A stretch of 64,000 nucleotides of DNA from Eledone cirrhosa (taxonomy: Eukaryota): the NCBI GenBank assembly GCA_964016885.1, contig OZ024742.1, positions 258,974,001 to 259,038,000 on the forward strand. Reading direction: 5' to 3'. The number at the start of each line of letters is the position of its first letter. Within the stretch, counting starts at the first letter, position 1. Below are positions 53,210-64,000 of the stretch, in pieces. The position numbers and the translations under genes are program-made. A model generated the notes under the pieces. It was not told where the DNA came from. It worked only from the letters and a program-made list of their open reading frames with translations, and made no database searches.

Positions 53210-55177
53210 CTAATAATAATTTTGATGAGATTAATAATACTAATTGTCTCGAATTTAAAATCATGCGGCCTCGTTACTACTACCACTCACACCACCTGAA
53301 ACTCTCTCTCTCTCCTTTTCACACACTCCTCTCTCCCACACAGGCACTCTTACCATCCCTTTTACACCGTGACCAACACCTTTACACGAAATATACAACT
53401 TTAATATCATCGATCCATTATTTTAAAACCTTAGTTCAACTCACCATTTTCTCAACATTAATTTTCTCAAATATAAGCTTCTGTCCATCTTTTCTGTCTC
53501 TAAAGCTGATTTACGTAACTCAATCAATTATTTATAGTTACTGTGGATTGTCGAAGCTTTTCACAACCAAAGCAAATACATTTAAAATATTCAAACTTGC
53601 ACAATTACTTCGTAGATTTATAGGCTTATAATAAAATGTGTTCTGCTTATGCATTAGGTTTGTTCAATCGTCTGTAAATTAACTTTAGGAAAAAAGTCAA
53701 CTTGAATGTATTTACAGTCTAATATATATATATAAGTTAAAACAATGAAATAAAAAATCAAGTCATTAGAAATATACTTCACTGCTTTACGATCGTTTCT
53801 AGGTGATGATAATACATCGTAACTATACTTCGATATCGATCTATGTAAGGTTAGTTACAAAATATCAGATAAAGAGAATATTTACTTACATGCATATCAC
53901 CAGGGGTTTAAAAAAAGCATTGCTTTTGAAAACAGCTGGCGAAACTACCTTCACAAGTTTATTTAAATAGCACATGCTGTTTCGCTAATACGGTTTATTT
54001 AGCCGAAGGGCGTCACTCATTTACATATTTACATTGTTGTGTTGATAGTGTGATTGACAGCAAGAGCATTCGGACAGGGAAGAAACAGTTCTTTACTATA
54101 TAGTGTATAACACTTTACTACAAAGATTGCTGTTTTTGTCAGACAAAGTTTAGGTTTATTAAATATGTATAACCGTGGGCGAGAATTACACGTTCGCGAA
54201 ATTTAACAGCAAGCGAGATTTATTTGGATGAGTTACCAAACTTACATGCACATTTACAACGACACTTATGTGCAGCTAAAAGAAACGATTACCCCTGCAT
54301 ATATGTAGGTAGGTACGTATCTATGTATGCATAAAGGTGCGTGTTTCTGCATGAGTGTGTGTGGGGGCAGTGATGGACACAGAGAGAGAGAGAAAATTAG
54401 TAATAAGAGAAAAGTGTGGGCTATATACAAAAACCTAATATTAATTTATGATACTTTTAAAAGTGCTTATACACATTCGCCGGAAGATGAGTTAAAAAAA
54501 CTTTGTTAGCCAATGAAACTTTTGCTTATAAATGGAATATCGTGTGTACGAATAATATATATATATATATATATATTAGTGTAAGAGTATATAAACATAC
54601 AACATGATTGGGGAATGTCGTTAGTTTAAAGCTTAAAAAAACTGGGCGTCATTTAAGGTTTGAACATTCGTCCTACATCAGGAAAGGGGAATGAGAATGA
54701 TGAAAGTATCATAAAAGTGATAAAAATTTAAAGATGGTGGAAGAGGAAATAATATGTGTAGTGAAGGTGTATGTACTCTGAGGTGGTATCAGAAAGTTGA
54801 TCGTGGATATGTGTGCAACGGGTACGCATGCCTACCTGAAAGCGTGTGTGAAAGAGTGATGGCTGATTATGTGGATCACTTACTAGTATATGGATGTGAT
54901 CGGTGCAATGCATCAAATGCATGCAGTGATCTGCGTCGGTTACAGTCAAATATGTAAGAAGACTGTATATGGCCGATGCCCGCTGTGGGAGATTGTAGTG
55001 ATTCCGTGTGTGTGTGTGTGTGTGTGTGTGTAGCTATAGTGCTGCATGTGATAGCGAGCGATAATTACATATAGGTGCATGTATGCGTAGTAGTGTGCTG
55101 TGATTTAGATCGTGTTTTATGTGTGTACACTTCATATAGAAAGACGCGGTAAGCCATGCGTGCATTGTGCATGCATA

Positions 55178-55225
<48 letters not shown>

Positions 55226-56694
55226 TGTGTGTATCTGTGTGTGTGTGCGTGTGTGTGTTCCTTTAGATTAAACGTTCTGTTGGAATAAAATGGTTCAGGG
55301 ATTTCATAAACCGGTAAGGTTTATTTGTTCATTCTTATTATAGTATTTATGCTTGGAATAACTAAGAGAAAAATATCTGATATAATCAGCCGTGCATGTA
55401 AGAACCTATGCATCTATATCTTTACATTCTCTTATGCTGTCCCTATATCTTTCATCATCTTTCCCTGTTTCTGTCTCTCTCTCTCTCTTTCTCGATCTCT
55501 TTTTATCTAAATTTATCTATGTACGCATGTGTTTTTGTGGCTTTGTATGTGCTTGTTCGTGTATGAGTGAGATTTTGTGTGAATGCATATGTGTGTCCGA
55601 GTAAAGAGAGAAAATGAAGTTGGGAATGTGTTGTGCATGTGTACATACCATTGGTATGTATGTATGTGTACTCGTACGATATATAACTTGCAACAAACCA
55701 CAAGAAAGCCAGATAATTTGTGCTTAAATCTCCTCTGAATAGCATTTAGAGAATATCAGGTGAATTTCCAGTTATATCCACGTAACGTAACATTTTCCGT
55801 TGAGATCTAAGCACCAATTATTCCAGCTTACGTAGCTTGTTGCAACATACATAATGCAACATAGGCAAACGTATTTTCGTGCAATAAAAGTAAGTATTAC
55901 CATTTTAGATATCTCCATTATTTCACATACGCTAACATGTAGTATGCTACATGTTTTACTCCACATAACAGCTGACAACGTACATATGTATGTATGAAAA
56001 TATGTGTATATATATACACACATATATATATAAAGATTTACATATACATAAACTAGACAAAGTTATATATATATATATATAACATTTATTCAATATGCCT
56101 CACAATTGTTTCAATATTCAAACATTTTCATATGTATTTATTTCTGGAGTCCTGTTTTTGTGACCGACAAGCTTATAGTTTTCCCTTTCTTTCTCAGTCT
56201 TTACGTTTTTACTTAATTATAAATGCATTCCTCCTAACACAAATAAGTCAAAGTAGGTAAGAATCCGGTAAAGTACCCATCAATACTGGAAAGACCTTAA
56301 TACATAGGAACTATATGTGCGTTCCGTTGGACCAAAACAACTATCTTTGAGATGTTCCTGGATAATAATGTTCCTCTAAAATTTCTAATTATTTATTGTT
56401 CAATATTGTGCCAAATGGAAGGCCCCTGTCACATGGCATGTGATAATGATGTGAAGTTGAGGTAGCTCTAAAATTTTTAAAGAATCTTTAAATATTGTAC
56501 GAAAAGCAATGTTCTTTGGCGTGACACCCGATAATATTAACGCGCAAAACTCTTTTTTCATTGCAAAAGAGGGAGTAGAGAAGAAAGGAACCGATTACTA
56601 TAAGTTTGTTAACATTACAAATATGATTATAAATTCAATTCATAAAAAATAAAATATTATTTTAGTTTATTCATATAGGTAATATAATTAATAA

Positions 56695-56885
56695 TCTCTC
56701 GTGGTTCAAGAGATATGGGGTTCGGTCCACGATCGTAAGGTCGTGAGTTTGATTCCAGCAGGCACATTTTGTCCTTGAGAAATCAATTTATTTCATGTTA
56801 CTATAGTCTACTCAGCTGGAATCAATGAGATGTAATTGTGCTTCAAATGGCCAGAGTTTTCACATATTGTGTCACGCTGAATATC
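56695..56885 (+). mobile_element. SINE family 2
   Basis: GTGAGTTTGATTCC B-box, TGTCCTTGAG, CTACTCAGCTGG, GTGTCACGCTGAAT. Confidence 0.7.
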
Positions 56886-57388
56886 ATCCGATTTCAACGG
56901 AATTGGCGGAGGTCGAAAAAGCCGAGTGAAATATTATATTAAATTGTAAAATGTAAGCGACGTGAATATCTGAAGCCCCCAGCAAGCCTTAGCTAGAAGA
57001 GAGAGGATTGGGCTTATCAACTAGAAGACTATAAAACCTCAATTAACAAAACATCATGATATTGACATCTATTGTTTGGCGTAAGTAAAGTGATGGATTA
57101 CAGTTGATTCCTTCGTTAATAGCAAATAGGAAATAGACGGATGTTATCAGGTAAATCAGTGTATGAAACTGGATGCGTGTACAGCAATTGATATAATCTT
57201 TATTTAATTAGAGAGACTGACGCATGATGGAACATTAAAACAGTATCACTCTTGTTCGGTTTCAGAATTCATACCAATATTTTAACGATGAGTCTGTAGT
57301 AAATGGAAAAAAGGGTTTGTTCCTGAATGGATAAGATCTAAGTGGGGTCATTATCCTCCGTTACAATTCTGTATGGTAATGTTAAACA

Positions 57389-57447
<59 letters not shown>

Positions 57448-57788
57448 ATATATTTGTGTGTGCCTGTGTGTGTGCACTCTATATTCTATATATATGTGGC
57501 CCATCTCGCTCCGCTCATCTGTGATTTCCTTATATAGCATTAAGATTTAAAATGTGTGTGAACACACATTTGTTTAAGGAAAGACTGAGAAACTTGCTTG
57601 AATACGATCACTGTTGCAATCTAGAAATGAAGAAAAGAGATAATTTCGGGGGGGGGGGGGGGTTCTGGTTTTAAAGAAAAGGATTTATGTTTTTCTGTTC
57701 TTATTGAAATACATTTACAACTGTGAAATGTAATGGAAAGCTACTCGCTATGATATAAACATTTATATTTCATACATATGCACATAAT

Positions 57789-57830
<42 letters not shown>

Positions 57831-57887
57831 CAAATGAACACATATATAAACAAACACACTCTCATGTGTATATAAACATACACATAT

Positions 57888-57969
<82 letters not shown>

Positions 57970-58176
57970 ATTCTGTAGTTTGATGACGCAATGAGTTGAA
58001 GCTTTGAAATCATGGCCCCTTTCTTCTTCAGAAAATGTATTCTAAGCTCTACACACACATATTAAGTGTTCATTCGGCTAACGATTAAATGTTCTAAGTA
58101 CAATGATATTTTAAAACATTCATATATATATATAGGGAAGCTTAAATCTACTTAATTGGATTTATATATATATGTA

Positions 58177-58280
<104 letters not shown>

Positions 58281-60055
58281 ATTGTGTGTGTGACTATGTG
58301 TGAGTCTTTTTAAGATAGTAAATATTTAATGTTTGTATTTTGTATATTTTAATCGCTTTATATTTATTCCAACTGTCTCTTGAAATTATTCCTTTTGTTC
58401 TCTCGAAATTAGGAATGAAGCAGGTGTTTGACAATGATAAAATGCAAAAGACAATGGAACATATTACTGCTTCAGTTCCCCCTCTTAGATCTTTTGCTCA
58501 TAGTTTTCGAAAGGCTGTCTACAATCTGAATACAAGTTTACTGTCCCATTTTCGGTAAATTAGCAGGCGATGTCTAATTAGTGCAATCCTATTTATTTCT
58601 GTATTCAATTGAAAGAGCAGAGCAATTTATGAATTCCAACACACACAAACACACACGTGAAAAACACCCTCACAGTTTCATATATATATATATAATATAT
58701 ATTGTTATATTGTTATAGTGTTATATTTGGGGAAGGTCATATTGTTATAATATTGACAAAAATAATAATAAAACACACTCAATGAAACATATATATATAT
58801 ATATATATATATATAGCCTAAAATGGAGTGAAAATAAGAAGAAAGCAAGAACGTGGGGGGGGGGTCCTCATCAGTTGTCTACTGGGGGTCTCGGATATTT
58901 CCACGCTTTAAAGACAAGACATCTACCGCCCAGAGCGTACAATAACTGGCTAAGTTATTGGGAAAACGGAGAGAGGGAGGGAAGGAAAATAGAAGGGAAA
59001 AGGGAAGAAAAGAGAAAATAGCGAAAAAAAAGCAACAAACCGAGAAATTTGAGAGCAACTTAAGGTAAGAAAATCCAAGACTACAGCGATAAGTGAACTT
59101 AAGTTCAAGAGCGTGTGGGCGAGCAAAAAGACACGTCTGACCCCATCAAGTGTAAGTGAGAAAAGTACTACTAGTGGGTCAGGTGAGGGAAACAATGAGG
59201 TGGCAGGAAGAGAGAGGATGAGTGAAAGTGAGAGGGTTAAAGGGAGAGGAAGAAAGAGCGATGAGAGTAGATAGTAACGAAATAGGTAGGTAGAAGGAGA
59301 GATAAGACTGGTCACAGTGAAACATGATAAAATATATGGAGAATAGGATTGGCTGTGTAGTTGCTAGTTAAGGTAGCTTATATATATGGTTGTGTGTGTA
59401 TATATATATATATATGTATATGCATTGTGGGCCTAGAGATTGAAGATCACATAAAAAATGAACAAATACGGTAAATTTAGAGGACACTAGTTTAGAAGTG
59501 TACATCCGACAATGCCCTTTTCTAAAGGTTTCGGTCTACGCACTTCATTTAATGGTACAGTAAGATATTATTGTAGAAAGAATATAACAAAAGCAGAGCG
59601 AGTGTTGACAAAAACGTGTGTATAACTTTCTAAGACAGTTTGTATGTTTCTATATTATTTCTAATACGAAGTGAATATTGTTAATGTAGTGCCTATCTAT
59701 AGTTATGACAGTGTTGATGTCGTTGATAAAATATGACTGTTGTGACAAGAGAGCTTGCGTAAGGGGAGATAACTTAAAATATTTAATGTACTTTGCGTTT
59801 GTGGTGGGGGAGATGCATGATTGGGTGAGAGATATAATGTGTGGGTAATGTATAGAAAAGCATTTACGTCATAGGACTAGTAAAGCAAATGTTATTCCTC
59901 GTCAAAAAATATTTATAAGTCTATGATAATGCATATCTATGAAGTGTGTTTGTGTGTTAATATATGGATTTATAATTTGTATATGTATATTTATTAACGG
60001 TGGCACTAACATACCAAGATTCAGAGGGGCTGTATATGCTTCCACACACACACAC

Positions 60056-60123
<68 letters not shown>

Positions 60124-60868
60124 CATGCGTATATACGCAATCTTTAAGAAACTGCTAGCTCAATGGAACCAGTGCAACAGGCTACTGGATCAGCCATATT
60201 TATTAATTTGTATATATGTGTATATATTTATAAACATATTTATGCATATGTATTTATAAACACACACATACGTATATATACGCATGAATGCATATATATG
60301 TGTGTGTGTATTTTTATACATACATATATATATATACATATATATATATATGTGTGTGTATGTGTGTGTGTGTGATGTGTGTATGTATATACAAAAACAT
60401 ATCTTGTACGTATATGCATCTATATTTATGTGTTTCTGTGTTTGCGTGTGTTCACTCACGATAAAGGTACAGTATTGATTTTGTGCTGCTGCTGCGCTAT
60501 TAAAATACTTCAAAGGGAGAAAATATAGTGAGGCGACTTGTAGAAAAAGATGGCCGACCAAGTTAAGCGTAGTAAACGCTGGATGGTGATAAATAGAAAA
60601 GTTTTCTTTGATGATTTGTCAGAAGACGTAAGGCTGAACGCTTCCACCACTTGTGCCGGCAACATTAAAGACAAAAAAATGGATGGACTGTTAAGAGTTA
60701 ATATGAGAAAATCCATTATACATGTATGCTGTGGTGTGTGAAACCTTGCATTTTCTGTTTATATATATATACAGAGCAAGATATATGTTTGTGCGAGTGA
60801 GAGAGTCTGTATAAACATTCATTTCTATGTACGTATACATACATCCAAACACATTGCACACACATATA

Positions 60869-60955
60869 TGTGGTGCACACAAGACATATTTCTTTTGCTA
60901 TACGGTAGCAAACTTAATATTTGTAGCAACTGAGAGTACGATATCGACATAATAC

Positions 60956-60992
<37 letters not shown>

Positions 60993-61040
60993 AGCACGCA
61001 AACACATACACACACATATATATGTGTGTGTGTTTCCGTG

Positions 61041-61095
<55 letters not shown>

Positions 61096-61197
61096 GTATG
61101 TATTATGTCTATATCGTACTCTCAGTTGCTACAAATGCATCCAGAATATTAAGTTTGCTACCGTATAGCAAATGAAATATGTCTTGTGCGCACCACA
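60869..61197. repeat. Inverted repeat 60869-60958 / 61097-61197 separated by microsatellite
   Basis: About 90-bp arms with a 12-nt indel; right arm has a hairpin followed by GAAA-TATG-TC. Confidence 0.8.
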
Positions 61198-61522
61198 CAA
61201 CAATAATTTATTACCACAATACCACTAACTTCCCATAACCTTTCTAACTAATCTGTATAGTTTTTATCTCTTATTTTACTCTTTTGTTTCAGTCATTACA
61301 CTGCGGTTGTGCTAAGAATCCGCCATTACTTAGTTGATCATATAGAGCCGAGAAATTTCATGTATATATTTCCTGTCAAATCCCTATGTTACGACACTAA
61401 CACATACATATATATATATATATATATATGTGTGTGGGGGGGGGGGTGTATGTGTATGTATGTGTGTGTGCGTGTGTGTGTGTATGTGTGCGTGCGTGTG
61501 TGTGTTTTCATCAAAATACATG

Positions 61523-61561
<39 letters not shown>

Positions 61562-61616
61562 ATGTATATATATATATATGAGTGTGTGTGTGTATATATA
61601 TATATGTGTGTGTGTG

Positions 61617-61674
<58 letters not shown>

Positions 61675-61764
61675 GAGATTTCCATGAACGAATTTCCATT
61701 CACAATCCACACAGTAAATCATTGCCATTTCTCTGGGTCACGTTATTTTATTTCCACTATAAAA

Positions 61765-62185
61765 TTCATCATTGACAGTGCTGTTTCAGTGTCAACTATA
61801 CATAGAACTATGCCATTGTTACACATAATGTGAATTGTATCATTGACAATGACTGTTAATGTCAAGTATGTAATGTATTATGTCTTAGACAACGGCTGTT
61901 ATTCTCAACTATACAGCGAATGTGGCCATTGACACCAGTTACGTCAGTATCAATTATAGAGTAAATTATGTTATTGACAACTGCTGTTAATTTCCCCTAT
62001 ACAGTAATTTATGTTATTGACTACAGGTGAGTCACTATCCGCCATACAGTGAAACATGTCATTTAGAACACATGTATCATTGTCATATATACAGCGATTA
62101 ATGCCATTGACAACAGCTTTAAAAATCACTCTACACTGGATATTCGTATTCAACATTTCCACTGCCAACTATACAGTGAATAATA
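61765..62185. repeat. Degenerate minisatellite, about 43-bp unit, about 10 copies
   Basis: Recurrent CATTGACAAC..GTCAACTATACAGTGAA. Confidence 0.8.
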
Positions 62186-62529
62186 TCCTTCAGCGTTCGT
62201 AGGGCGAAGATTAAAATTTGATTAGTTATTCAACAGGTGGTGCTATTAGTTAATCGTGTGTTCATGACGATAAACCTTGAAAAATATAACTGATTCCTTT
62301 TAATATTTAATATTATCGTCTCCATAACCAACCCTGATGTCCCTGGTGGTTGTTGTCGTATCTATCATCACCATTTACATGTGCTCAAACACCTATTCTT
62401 ATGAATCAGGTATTTGAACATATATATGAGGTGAAATTGAATACTTATTTTCATTGTCTATACTAATAATTTACCTTTTACTGTTTTGCATTAATTACTC
62501 CTAAATGTGTCTATTTACCTATGTGGTTA

Positions 62530-62612
62530 TTTATTTATTTATTCTTTATTTGCAGGTAAGTGTGTTTTCACTGTTTCTTCTTATGTCTGAAACACATAAT
62601 GATGAGGTAAGT
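62530..62612 (+). other. Candidate recursive splice site with 51-nt RS-exon (62556-62606)
   Basis: U-rich tract then TTTGCAG|GTAAGT, and a second donor GAG|GTAAGT 51 nt downstream. Confidence 0.6.
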
Positions 62613-64000
62613 ACGCAGTTGATATATACAATTGTATCCATTTTCGAATCAGTACCATTGGAAGATTCTGTGAATATATGTGATTCTTACCGGTAAGATT
62701 TCCATCTATCCATCCACGGATCTTTAACGCCTAGTGGAGTCGCTGGAGACCATTGTGACGTTGGTTTTTAAACCGAACGGAGATCATCCCTCTCTATGCC
62801 TCAACACAGCTGATACTTTTGAAAGAGAGAGATAGAAATAGATAGATAGATAGTGAGAGGGGGAGACTAACAGAGAACGAAAGGGAATAAGTGATAAAGC
62901 ATTCTAATTATTGTTTCAAATCATATGCCCAGCGCACAAAACTGAACTTGTCTATAACATTTAAGAATAAATATTTGAACTTATCATGTAATTAAAATAT
63001 GAAATATTCTGATGACAAGCCCCAGATGAAGATAGTCTCCAATAACACTTTTGATAGCAAGCCACCTGAAACTGGCTCTAGTTGTATGATACTAAGCTGT
63101 TTACTTAACACGTCTGTAAATATATCAACACTATCATAATTTTATATGAGAACAATTCTAAAGTTATATTCGAAATACCATCTTAATAATTAGAAATTTT
63201 ATTTTACGAATCCATCAAAATTCTTAATAATTTAAAAAAGTATTTGAAATTCATGGTATTGAAATAGTTAAAACATCAATTTCAGTCAACACATTTTGTT
63301 CGGTTTCAATTACTAATGGGGTAGACGTCATATAAATGCCACAGTTCTCATTACTCGTTTTGCACTTCTTACCCAATAAAACAGATTATTTCATAGATTC
63401 AACACAGTCACGTATATTTAATGTTTGCATCTGAGAAATATCTACGGTGTTTCTAACTGTCTCACATTTCTCCTACAATTTCTGAACAGAATATTGTTAC
63501 TTTATACATATGACATTTATCTTAGAAAAGGTTATCCGTGCTAACAGTATTCAATATCAGCACACCATTCACGGTAAACGTGGTGAAATCGATTGATAGT
63601 ATGTTCCTACGTGTGTGTGCCTCTTTACAATATGCGTGTAACAGTTTCTTTCTCGCTCTGGTTTGATGACGAATTAATATATATAAATATTTAGTGTTTT
63701 TCGAATGTACATTCTTCTATAAATATACACCGTTTACAATAAAAAGTTATGACTGCGCATTGGCAGAGGCTTTGGAACTTCGGCTAGGATGTTTTATGTT
63801 ATACGTTCCAGCTTTATTTTCAAATCCTATTGAGGTTAACTTTGCCTTTATTAATTTCAAAGCCGATGACGGAAGTACGATTCCAATAATTAGCAGATCC
63901 ATATTCCATCTAGTTTTCTGAAAAATATAGGTTATGTTTATGCATGCAAAGAGATGAGCTTCCGACTTAAGTGTCCAAGATATGCTGTGTGTTATGACGA

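Noticed and set aside
60550-60741. 63-aa ORF MADQVKRSKRW...
   Set aside because: No recognisable homology, short, no clear splice donor

Overview
AT-rich, microsatellite-dense eukaryotic DNA. The SINE families and (TA)n/(CA)n density look like an Octopus genome (inference). No intact protein-coding gene is supported, and most listed ORFs are simple-repeat artefacts. The dominant signal is a dense set of Penelope-like element (PLE) derivatives inserted in (TA)n tracts. There are about a dozen fold-back (long inverted-repeat) insertions from several unrelated families, many with a one-sided tail. About 15 loci carry type I minimal hammerhead ribozyme (HHR) motifs, read by eye as CUGANGA-stem II-GAAA-short, often palindromic stem III-UH. 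Two of the fold-backs are physically joined to PLE RT or endonuclease coding fragments (12181-14235, 36184-37150). Two non-coding partial tandems (323-nt and 688-nt units) each contain one HHR and resemble retrozymes. Also present are two Helitrons, RTE and CR1-group LINE relics, a bipartite RTE-derived retroposon with a TSD, a hAT MITE, tRNA-derived SINEs, a decayed actin-like pseudogene and two minisatellites. A candidate recursive splice site with a 51-nt RS-exon suggests the window lies in a long + strand intron. All folds and alignments were done by eye, so coordinates may be off by a few nt.
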